Both the position numbers and the translations under genes were made by a program. Below, one piece after another: positions 12,595-23,192 of a DNA stretch of 64,000 nt. Positions within the stretch are counted from its first letter, which is position 1. Every line of letters starts with the position of its first letter. Below the pieces are notes generated by a model. The model had not been told where the DNA came from. It searched no databases and was given only the letters and a program-made list of their open reading frames with translations. The stretch comes from Centroscyllium fabricii. Its lineage: Eukaryota. The stretch covers positions 97,154,001-97,218,000 of the forward strand of contig JBNRSN020000009.1 of assembly GCA_051313645.2 (NCBI GenBank), in the 5' to 3' direction.

Positions 12595-13312
12595 CAGGTT
12601 GAGCACCGTTAATCCGGCACGGACGGCACCAGGCCCGTGCCGGGAAAGTGAAAATCACGAACAATTGAAGCTTCGGCGAGCGCATGCGCAGACCATTTTA
12701 AATGGCTGCCGCGAAAGGCCGGCGGCCATTTTGAGTGGTCTGTGCATGCGCTTATCGTTCAGGGAGGCCCAGCCCGCGATTGGCTCGGAGAGACTCGGCG
12801 AGACCCAACCCACGATCGGCTCGGAGAGGCCCGGCCCGCAATCGGCTCGGAGAGACTTGGCGAGACCCGGCCCGCGATCGGCTCGGAGAGACTCGGGAAG
12901 GCCCGGCCCGCGATCGGCTCGGAGAGACTCGCCGAGACCCGGCCCGCGATTGGCTCGGAGAGACTCGCCGAGACCCGGCCCGCGATTGGCTCGGAGAGAC
13001 TCGGGGAGGCCCGGCCCGCGATCGGCTCGGAGAGGCCCGGCCCGCTATCAGCTCGGAGAGACTCGGCGAGACCCGGCCCGCGCTCGGCTCGGAGAGACCC
13101 GGCCCACGATCGGCTCGGAGAGACCTGGCCCGCGGAGACCATTGTGAATGATCTGCGCATGCGCTCGCTGTTCGGCGACACATGCGCAGATCTTTTGCCG
13201 AAGCATCAATCGTGGCAGCCATTTTGCGCATGCGCAGGGCAGTCGGGGCAATTTATGCCGTACGACTGAAGCTGCCGGCTTTCCGGTTAATGGATTACCG
13301 GTGCTCAACCTG
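12595..13312. mobile_element. pogo/Tigger-like MITE copy 1 with expanded internal ~35 bp GC-rich tandem repeat
   Basis: TIR CAGGTTGAGCACCG, TA on both flanks; unit gagactcggcgagacccggcccgcgatcggctcgga at ~12765-13135. Confidence 0.9.
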
Positions 13313-14709
13313 TACTTACTGTTGATTATAGTACACAAATAAATGTGACAACAGCTGTCTAATCTCTCTCTCATACCCCCACACTCTCATTCAGTTTTTA
13401 AAATATTTCATAAACGTTAGCTGAAAAAAGATTTTAAAATTTGTCCTCCAGCTTTTCTTCAAATAATTTTGAAAAACCACTGATCAAAAGCTGCTAGAAA
13501 CTAAAGAAAAATATCTCAGCACTTCAGCTAATTAAATGGCAATGATGATAGATAAATGCCACATACTCAAAGTACACAATTTTCATCCAGCTAACAGAGT
13601 TACAGTTCTGGGCAAGAATATCAAGCCAAGGCTTTGGGAGAGGCTGAGGCCTTTAAGTGAAATTTCAACAGAGGCATTAAACAACAAAATAGTAACTAAG
13701 AATAAAAAATGGCAAATGAAAATTTATTTTACAAAGCATTCCGAGTGATTTATGAGGAGAAGATAACAGTCCCATGTAGTGGTGTTACAGGGAGCTGGGA
13801 TAAATCAGTGACCATTGGAAATCCTAATACAGCGCCACCTAGAGCAAAGTGTAACAGGTACGTTTTATTGATAAATGTGGACATTTTTACATTGGAATTC
13901 TCATAGGAAATACTTAAATGGCAGTTTTCAATGGAGTGTATGACCCATTATTAAGCAACGAAGTGCTGAGGAATCTGGCTCATGTGCTCAACAGTTAGAA
14001 ACAGAATCTAATAGTACTGTACATAGAACAGGAGTCCACAGCAGCCTCAATATTGGGAACAGATTTGTAGTCGCTAAGGTGCCATCATAACTTCATTGTG
14101 AATATATCACGTAACTCATGCTAGGCCAGCGGTGCAGAACTTGTTCAGCCTCTGGGGTCAGATCCGTCTTGGGGGTTTTAGGGTCTGAAAAAGCAATGAG
14201 GTTATCTGAACTCATGCGAGGTGGTGGGTGAGACCAATACATTGTGATTCATTTGATTATATTTATTCCCACTCCCCCAGAATCTCAGTGGCTTTATACA
14301 AATTAGGAAGTGAGTCATAGTCTAGAAAGGTCTTAAATTCAATCATCACCCTTTGCTGACTGAGCTGATCTTAACTAGGGCACCTCAGTACCCCTGAGTT
14401 AGGGACAATGGCAGCATGAAAGAAACATAGAAACTAGGAGCAGGAGTAGGCCATTCGGCCCTCGAGCCTGCTCCGCTATTCAAGGCAATCATGGCTGATC
14501 AGCCAAATTCAGTACCCTGTCCCTGCTTTCTCCCCATATCCCTTTAGCATTAAGAAATATATCCAACTCCTTCTTGAATATAGTTAATGAATTGGCCTCC
14601 ACTGCCTTCTGTGGTAGACATGATGTGGAGGTGCTGGTGTTGGACTGGGGTGGACAAATGCAAGAAGTCACACAACACCTGGTTATAGTCCAACAGTTTT
14701 ATTTTAAAT

Positions 14710-14744
14710 CACAAGCTTTCGAAGCGCTGCTCCTTCGTCAGGTG
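14710..14744 (-). ncRNA. Minimal type I hammerhead ribozyme motif
   Basis: rc = CAC CUGACGA A GGAGC agc GCUUC GAAA GCUU GUG. Confidence 0.75.
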
Positions 14745-14817
14745 AAGTGAAGTTGATTCAAAGACAGCACATTTCTCTCTCCCTTGCATATGTGCTGTCT
14801 TTGAATCAACTTCACTT

Positions 14818-14852
14818 CACCTGACGAAGGAGCAGCGCTTCGAAAGCTTGTG
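14818..14852 (+). ncRNA. Minimal type I hammerhead ribozyme motif
   Basis: CAC CUGACGA A GGAGC agc GCUUC GAAA GCUU GUG (G-U pair in stem II). Confidence 0.75.
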
Positions 14853-16219
14853 ATTTAAAATAAAACTGTTGGACTATAACCAGGTGTTGTGTGACTTCTT
14901 GCTTCTGTGGTACAGAATTCCACAGGTTCACCACTCTCTGGGTGAAGAAATTCCTCCTCATCTTTGTCCTAAATGGCTTACCCCTTATCCTTAGACTGTG
15001 GCCCCCTGGTTCTGGACTCCCCCACCATCAGGAACACCCTTCCAGCAGCTAGACTGTCCAGTCCTGTTAGAATTTTATAAGTTTCAATGAGATCCCCCCT
15101 CATTCTTCCAAACTCCAGCGAATACAAGCCCAATGGACCCAATCTCTCCTCATACGTCATTCCTGCCATCCCAGGTATCAGCATGGTGAATCTTCGCTGC
15201 ACTCCTTCCATGGCAAGAACATCCTTCCTTAGATAAGGCGACCAAATCTGCACACAATACTCAAGATGTGGTCTCACCAAGGCCCTGTACAACTGCAGCA
15301 AGACATCCTTGTTCCTGTACTCAAACCCCCTTGCTACAAAGGCCAACATAACATTTGCCTTCTTAACCGCCTGCTGCACCTGCATGCTTACCTTCAGCGA
15401 CTGGTGCACAAGGACACTCAGGTCTCGTTGCACTTCCCCTGTTCCCAATCTATTGCCATTCAGATAATAATCTGCCTTCTTGTTTTTGACACCAAAGTGG
15501 ATAACCTCGCATTTATCCACGTTATATTGCATCTGCCATGCTTCTGCCCAATCACCCAACCTGTCCAAATCATACTGGAGTTTCTCAGCATCCTCCATAC
15601 AGCACACACGCCCACCCAGCTTTGTGTTGTCTGCAAACTTGGAGATATTACATCTAGTTCCCTCGTCCAGGTCATTAATATATATTGTGAATAGCTGGGG
15701 TCCAAGGACCAATCCCTGCGGTACCCCACTAGTCACTGCCTGCCACTCAGAAAAAGAGCCCTTTATTCCAACTCTTTGCTTTCTGTCTGCCAACTAGTTC
15801 TCTGTGCCTTAATTTTACACGCTAATCTCTTATGCGGGACCTTATCGAAAGCCTTTTGAAAGTCCAAGTACATCACATCCACTGGTTCTCCCTTATCTAT
15901 TTTACCAGTTACATCGTCAAAAAATTCCAGTAGATTAGTCAAGCACGATTTACCTTTTGTAAATCCATGTTGACTTTGTCTGAGCCGGTCACTGTTTCCC
16001 AAGTACTCTGCTATTACATCTTTTATAATGGAGTCTAGCATTTTCCCCACTACCGATGTGTGGACGTCAGGTGAGTACAGCATAAGGGTAGCTGTAATAC
16101 TGCCCCCAGTCCTATAAGCTCACTGCCAGGGATCACACATGGATAATGGCCACTCATATTAGCTGCTGGAGGATAGACGGTACCTGTGAAACTGCACCCT
16201 AACAAGATGGGACCCCAGT

Positions 16220-16343
16220 AGAGAGGGTGAGTAATTTCAGATACCTCGGTGTCGATCTTACAGAGGACCTGACATGGTCCCTTCACATAGACACCTTGGT
16301 GAAGAAGGCGCGGCAGCGTCTTTACCATCTCAGAAGCCTGAGG
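16220..16343 (+). mobile_element. Rex1/Babar LINE RT fragment (5' piece of split element)
   Basis: Translates ERVSNFRYLGVDLTEDLTWSLHIDTLVKKARQRLYHLRSLR. Confidence 0.8.
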
Positions 16344-16692
16344 GTTTACAGTGTCAAGTGAAGTAAATCTGGCCATGGTGAGGCCATAGCTGGCCTCCCG
16401 GGCAGCAATGTTGTCAGGGGCTGATGCCCTGTGTCCAGTGCAGCATCAGATGATGGTGGACAAGGTTGGTGATGTTGGTGTGCCTGGTGATGTTGGTGTT
16501 GGGGCTGATTGTGGAAGTTATTCAGAGGACCAAAGTGTGGGTTTTTCCAAGGGCACTGACGTTGCTGCAATAGATGGCAGCTGCTGGTGAGATGACAGAA
16601 GCGATCTGTCATTGGCGAGAGAGGTTGTTCCAATGAGGTGACAGTGGATATACAGTTGGCTCTAAACACTTGCAAGCTAAAGAAATCTCTAT

Positions 16693-17258
16693 AGGGTAAA
16701 AATTGGGTAGCGCCCCCTAATTTTAGCACCCCGAAAATGTTAGTGCCACCGTGGCAGATTTTCCCAGGTAGCGCCACGCGCTGGCATGTCACGCTGTGGT
16801 ACTGCAGGCCTTCCTCCCCTTATTAAAGGGGGGGGGCTGGCACAGCACATTCCAGCGCCCTGCTGGGCCACCAGGGATCGGCAGTGCCAGCAAACCAGGC
16901 TCATGGAGAGCAGCCGGTACTCCGCGGGGGGACTTCACGGGGGCCAGGGACAGCAACCGGGGCAGGTGCTGGCAGGTGGCCAGCAACAAAAATAGCCTCC
17001 CGCCACCTCCCCTTTAACTAACGCCGCCCCAGCCACAGGTAGGCCCCCCTGACCCCAGCGGACATAGCATCCGGCGGTAAGTCAGGGGGCACCACCCAAT
17101 ATTACAGCCGGGGCGCGAGCGGGGCGCTACACACGGTGATGACTTCATTGCTGGCGGAATTTTGCGGGAGGCATTAGCGGCAGCGCGCCCAGGTGCTAGT
17201 TGATTTGCACCCCATTAGTGCCCTCTTAGCAGGCGCAAATCAACTGAATTTAGCCCCC
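16693..17258. mobile_element. GC-rich Harbinger-type MITE
   Basis: agggtaaaaattg ... gaatttagccccc, 3 bp TSD TAT; related to 32194 and 47321. Confidence 0.75.
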
Positions 17259-17499
17259 TATATGTCTTACGAATGTAGTAACCAACAGTTTCTGCGCTCT
17301 GAAACTGAACATCTGCAACATGGCATCCTTTGCACCACTTCTGCCGCTGTCAGCTTATCAGAAACATCAGAGCAGAATCAACTCACGACAGGGTGAGTTG
17401 GTGTGTTCCCCGAGCTTTGGGCAACCCTTTGGGGGAGCACATAAAATTGGAAGGTAGCCTCAAAATAGCATTAAATTGGTTGTTAACAAGCCATTTAGT

Positions 17500-17616
17500 T
17501 CGACCTGAAACATTAACTCTGTTTCTCTCTCCACAGATGCTGCCTGGCCTGCTGAGTTTTTCCAGCGTTTTCTGTTGTTATTTCGGATTTCCAGCATCCG
17601 CAGTATTTTGCTATCG
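17500..17616 (+). mobile_element. Second PLE family terminal repeat, 5'-truncated within the hammerhead
   Basis: tcgacctgaaacattaactctgtttctctctccacagatgctgcc..ccagcatccgcagtattttgctatcg. Confidence 0.7.
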
Positions 17617-18424
17617 TAATTATATAAATTTTCTCCCCCTGCCGCTTGGTGTCGGGTCAGTTTTCTGCAGATAGACCCGACACCTGGGAGACTCGCGTGG
17701 AGGCGGGTTGACAGTGGGTTTTCTACCCGCTGCCAATCTTTGCTATTTTCACAGCGGACCCGCCACCAAACCCGCCCTCTGAGCGCCAACAAAATCCAGC
17801 CCATTCTATCTATAGTTAGTTTATACTCTCAAGCCATTGTCATACCTTGCGTCCAAAACAAGTCATCTGTCTTGAGATTATCAGACCATAAAGACATGCA
17901 CAAACGCAATCACTGTTGTTAGTTTGATGCCATACTGGTGGTGGTTGCTGGTCTCACTATTTTATTCCTTATTTTAAATATGTTTGAAATGTCAGACAAT
18001 TGCCAAGATAAATAGCAGATTGCATTATCTACACTCGAGTAAGTTTTGAAGCCAACTCTTTATCTAACAGACAAGTTATTCAACACTGTTACAGTCAGTG
18101 GTACATAAGCAGATGGTCACAGCTTAGTAGTGAGGCCTGAAAGAAAAAATGAACAAAAAGTTTGGGATGTATTACTATTGAGCATGGTGGGTGCGACTCT
18201 GTTTACTTTTGGACTAATATTTACAAGGAGTAGCCAAAACCAACTTAGAACTTTGTACACTTTTCTGAGGGATCCATCAAAGTTTCCCAAGTTTGGGGGC
18301 ATATGTGTGTGACCTAAATATGAAGCAAAATTACTCCATGATACAACTGTCTTAATAATTGACTTTTTTTCTGCTCTTTTCTTGCCATATTCTCCTCTCC
18401 CCTTTCCTCCCCTGAAGGGATATA

Positions 18425-19467
18425 CATACTTACTTACTTACTTTATTTTATTTGTCACATACATCATTATACAGGTTGAGCACCGTTAATCCGGCACAGG
18501 TGAGACCAGGCCCGTGCCGGGAAAGTGAAAATCCCGAACGATTGAAGCTTCGGCGAGCGCATGCGCAGACCATTCAAAATGGCCACTGCGAAAGGCCGGC
18601 GGCCATTTTGAGTGGTCTGCGCATGCGCTTATCGTTCGGGGAGGCCCGGCCCACGATCGGCTCGGAGAGACTCAGGGAGGCCCGGCCCGCGATCGGCTCG
18701 GAGAGACTCGGGAATGCCCGGAGACCCCCGGCCCGCGATCGGCTCGGGGAGGCCCAGCCCGCAGAGACCATTGTGAATGATCTGCGCATGCGCTCGCCGT
18801 TCGGCGACGCATGCGCAGATCTTTCGCCGAAGCATCAATCGCGGCGGCCATTTTGCGCATGCGCAGGGCAGTCGGGGCAATTGATGCCTGACGACTGAAG
18901 CTGCCGGCTTTCCGGTTAACGAATTACCGGTGCTCAACCTGTACATGTAAAAAGTGCAGTGAAATGCTTAGTCGCAAGCTCCATGTCTGTGCTCTCCGGA
19001 TAACAATAAATACAAATAGTAATTACTAATTACAAGAAGAAGAAGGCATTCAATCGTCAGGGAGCAGTATGCCGACCCTTGGCAGCGTATTCATTTAGGA
19101 TCCGGATGGCTTGGGGGGGTAAAAGCTCCTCCTAAGCCTCTCTCTGTTTGTCTTAATGCTGCGGCAGCGTTTTCCTGACCGCAGCCATTGTTCGGGTGAC
19201 TAGGATCCTTAATGGCCTTCTTAGCCTTGGTCATGCCCCGCCTGGTGTAGATATCCTGCAGGTTAGGGAGTGCACCCCCGGTGGTACGTTCTGCCGACCG
19301 TACTACCCTTTGCAGGGCCCTACGGTATTGTGTAATGCTGTTACCATACCAGGCGGTGATGCTCCCCGACAGGATACTCTCAATAGTACATTTATAAAAG
19401 TTGTTTCGTATTTGGGGGGACATTCTAAATTTCCTCAGGCTTCTGAGATGGTAAAGACGCTACCACA
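18425..19467 (-). mobile_element. Rex1/Babar LINE 3' piece with (AGTA)n tail, interrupted by a MITE
   Basis: ORF 19091..19423 NFYKCTIESILSGSITAWYGN..LQRVVRSAER..DPSHP; (tact)n at 18427-18442. Confidence 0.85.
18472..18941. mobile_element. pogo/Tigger-like MITE copy 2 (short internal repeat)
   Basis: TIR CAGGTTGAGCACCG, TA flanks; arms nearly identical to copy 1. Confidence 0.9.
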
Positions 19468-20462
19468 TGATACTCCAGGTTGACACCATCCCATACCAGC
19501 ACTGTAAAGCATCCCTTTAATGTCCAAGCCATTCCATTCATTCATACTCATCACTATAGCGGGGGTGGGGGGGCGGTGGGGGGCTGCAATGGAGAGGGGG
19601 AGGTATGCCTCAACATTCACTGGAACTCAGTAAGACACTTTCAAAGTGCGCACAAATCTGTCCAATAAGGTGAAGTGTTGAAAATATAGATTTCACTGTA
19701 TGACAACACATTACCAGAAACTTCAGATGAACATTGGCTAAACCTCTCAAGTGCCTACCCTTGTGTGTTGTTAGTTGGTATGCTTGCAGTAGGATGAGGG
19801 TGAGTGTGAGGGGTGGCTAGTGAGATGGGAAGTGATAAAGTAGATAGAGAGGGATGGGTGGAGGTGCAAGGTCAGTTGGTGTGAGTAAGGATGTGCAGGA
19901 GAAGGGTATGGAAAGCAGAGTGATGGGGATGCAATGACTGGCACAGCAGGGTGAGGTTGAGTGTGGCTTTGCAATAACGTTTCGTGATCCACTGAGATCA
20001 TTGAGAGGTTGGCGCCACTGCAGCCAGGGACTCCTGACGACATCCCTGCTTGTGTCCTCCTACGCAATGTGCAACCAGACTGCGTTGATCTCCTGGGGAG
20101 ATCTCTTCCACCCATGGAAAGGGAAGAGAATCTCCCTGCATGCTGTGATTGAGCCTGGGTGTCGCTGTACACCTTTGTGCAGTGCTTGTCAGTGTTTGCA
20201 GCAGCTCAATGCTGCAGTACACTGACAGCACAACTGTCAAAATCAACATGGACATGGCCACTTTAAGGAAACCGGCTGGTGACGCGTCATCGAATGATGT
20301 CATCAGACCCGCTTCCTGTTAATTGGCTGGGAACCCAAAAGGGGGGGCCTTAATAAGGCCAATCTACGGAAAATATTTTTGAGAGAGCGGCTGCAGACGG
20401 GAGCGTGACCCGCCATCCAGCTCTCCTGCCGCCATCCCACGTCTGCAGGGAAAATCCAGCCC
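19468..20462 (-). mobile_element. Harbinger D right arm with decayed Myb/SANT exon 1
   Basis: rc of ~19980-20030 gives WLQWRQPLNDLSGSR (decayed W.QCRK.FNDL); terminus aaaatccagccc then AAT. Confidence 0.65.
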
Positions 20463-20639
20463 AATGACTGAATAGATAAAGAAACTGCCAGATAAAAAAC
20501 GGAGCAGGAGGGCGGGGCGAACTGAGAGCTGGAGGATCAAGCCTCACCATGGACTAAACAGTTTGTTCAGCTCAGTAGTAATATATATGCGTTTTTTTTT
20601 TACCTTACCATAGGTAAACTAGCAGTGTGAAATTTAAAA

Positions 20640-21000
20640 AAATAAGCTCCTCTATGGTTCAATTAGTAAAGGCAGCTAGCTTATAGCATATAGTTGAGCC
20701 AAACAAATCAGAAAGCCCTTGGTTTGATTCCTACTATATGCTGAGTTAGATGATCACAGCTAGAGAAATGCTACAATTATCCTCACCATTGCTGAGGATT
20801 AAAGAGGGGAAAATGAGCCACAAATCCTGGAGTTCACTATCCAAAGATCTATTCAGCTGGAAAGTGAAAATGTGTGGGCTTTATTTAGTAAAGGACAAGA
20901 TCCGCTTGGGCTGTGATGCTCCCCACAATTAATAGCCAACACTCACTTTCACTCCTGCCACTTGGACAACAGGTGCCCGTGCATGTGTTGGCATCTTCAG
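20640..21000 (+). mobile_element. LF-SINE-like tRNA-derived SINE
   Basis: B-box-like ggtttgattcc, gctgagttag, aggacaagatc..gggctgtgatgctcccca. Confidence 0.5.
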
Positions 21001-22364
21001 GGAGGAAAGCAGAAAGCTGGAGAGGGTAGGCGGGGATTTGATACACAACATTAGGGCTAGAGTTTTACACCTCGTCAGCCTGTGATTCTCCTGTCAATTA
21101 AAATGAATGAGGGGAAAATTGCAAGCTGGCAAGTGCACAAGCCTAGGAGTGTAAAAGTAGAATGAATTGGGAACTTACTGATGCTAAATTCTAAAAAACA
21201 TTCTTGTGTTCATGCTGACAACAGAACATACTTAGTAAAAGATTATTTCCTCACAACAACAGATAATTCAGTACACTGAACTTATTCTATTCCTATCTTT
21301 TATAACTAACAAAAAAATTCAACTGCATTTTATTTGTTATTAACAGATCAGAATAGATCTCTCTAAGCTACCATATGGTCTGCAGGAAACATAGTTGTGT
21401 GAAGATATATACAAACATGCATTACTTTAGATCATTCTCTATTTCTACAGTTCCATAACAAATGGTAAAAACCTGCTTTCATCATGGAACAGTCTACACA
21501 TCTATTGGCACATGCACCATGGGATCTTTCTAAGGCAAAATGTTTGTATATTTTTTCCAGCTAGTTGATTAATATGTTATAAATCTTGGAGTCTAGCCTG
21601 TCAAATGAAAAGCAGGATTACATCCAAAGCTGTCAAGATTAGGAAAACTTATCTTGTTCTGCTGGAACAGTATCATTGTTAGATTCATATCAAATCTTGC
21701 AGAGTTATCTCATATTTCACAAAACAACTGTCTCAATTTCTTTTAAAAGTTTTTTTGATGAACACTGAAAATATGTTAACACTTTCAAAACATTATCGGT
21801 TTATTTTACCCTCAAACAAATGCATATTAAGTTAACGCAAACAATAAACAGCTTCTGGTTATTATCACTGGAAATCATGTAATTACAGAAAATCTGTATA
21901 ACATAATTACTTCAATATTTGAATGCCCAACACAATGCATAACGAACACACATATATACCTGAAATCCATTGTTCCTGGGTTTGGGATGTTCACTTGCTG
22001 ATTGCTCTTTTACAAAGGGTTGTAGCTAATGTCTCGGCGCTCTTATTGCAGGGACCCTGCTGATCTCTCACTGTCCTATTTAGATGCCAATCCTTGAATC
22101 AACACTGTTACTGGTTGGGGTTTCTGTTTACATCTATTTAAGCATATATTAAATTGCAATCTATTAAGCAGATAAAATGAAGGTGTAGGGCACAAGGCTA
22201 AATACAGAAAGACCCTGTCTGGAGCTCCCACCTTTAATGAAATCAGTTTTTAACAACTCTTTTTTGTTAAATACAGCTGGTGTCAGGAGGATGCGTCCAA
22301 CTCATAAAGCACACCAATGACAATGTACAGTGGCAGTAATACAAGGACATAGTTCATCATGACA

Positions 22365-22512
22365 NNNNNNNNNNNNNNNNNNNNNNNNNNNNNNNNNNNN
22401 NNNNNNNNNNNNNNNNNNNNNNNNNNNNNNNNNNNNNNNNNNNNNNNNNNNNNNNNNNNNNNNNNNNNNNNNNNNNNNNNNNNNNNNNNNNNNNNNNNNN
22501 NNNNNNNNNNNN
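22365..22512. other. Assembly gap (N run)
   Basis: Run of n. Confidence 1.
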
Positions 22513-23020
22513 TTCTCAACATCAAGATTTATGTAGCCAATTAGTGACTAACAGAGAAAATTGGTTGGCAGAAAAATCATATTCTTTATGGTACAACAAA
22601 TAAAAGTCCCCCTACTAAAGGACATGGACACAAAACAAGTTCATGAAATACGTTGTTTTCCTGGCACATGCTTACACTTGCAAAAAAAGGAATGGAAAAG
22701 AATATGAAAATGATTTGGCAAAAAGTGCTTAACCCCTTTGTGTGCTAGAGGCTGCAGTGTTTTAAATACAAGACACCTCCACCTATTAAAAAATTCTCAA
22801 AATAAACACTTAGTATGTAATGAGTTCCTTTATCTGTTACATATTGTATGTAGCTTTAGTGCGGTATGCCTACTCTCCACATCAAACAACCATCACCACT
22901 ACAAGAAAGTGGGCTCATCAGAGAGCAACTCAAAAGGCACTGTGTGAAAAGAAGTGGAAAATTAAAGCTGAAGCCGTCTAGGAAAGGTTTAATTTACTGG
23001 CGTGTACAGTATGCAAATGA

Positions 23021-23192
23021 NNNNNNNNNNNNNNNNNNNNNNNNNNNNNNNNNNNNNNNNNNNNNNNNNNNNNNNNNNNNNNNNNNNNNNNNNNNNNNNN
23101 NNNNNNNNNNNNNNNNNNNNNNNNNNNNNNNNNNNNNNNNNNNNNNNNNNNNNNNNNNNNNNNNNNNNNNNNNNNNNNNNNNNNNNNNNNNN
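23021..23192. other. Assembly gap (N run)
   Basis: Run of n. Confidence 1.

Larger units (their letters stand above)
14619..14901 (-). mobile_element. Fold-back PLE mini-element, copy 2, inserted in CR1
   Basis: ~112 bp near-perfect arms around a ~17 nt spacer; TSD cttctgtggtaga/cttctgtggtaca (14606-14618, 14902-14914). Confidence 0.9.
14417..16050 (-). mobile_element. 5'-truncated CR1 LINE (RT C-terminal half and 3' tail), with internal deletion near 15800
   Basis: QHGFTKGKSCLTNL..YLDFQKAFDKVPH; SGVPQGLVLGP..KFADNTKL..RPHLEYC; 3' tail at 14417-14500. Confidence 0.95.
16344..17802. mobile_element. Harbinger D, inverted left arm (with nested MITE and PLE end)
   Basis: Terminus aaaatccagccc at 17791-17802 is identical to the one at 20451-20462; rc flank AAT matches the AAT flank there. 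Confidence 0.6.

Noticed and set aside
12599-13374. Overlapping Arg/Pro/Gly-rich ORFs
   Set aside because: Translations of a GC-rich tandem repeat inside a MITE.
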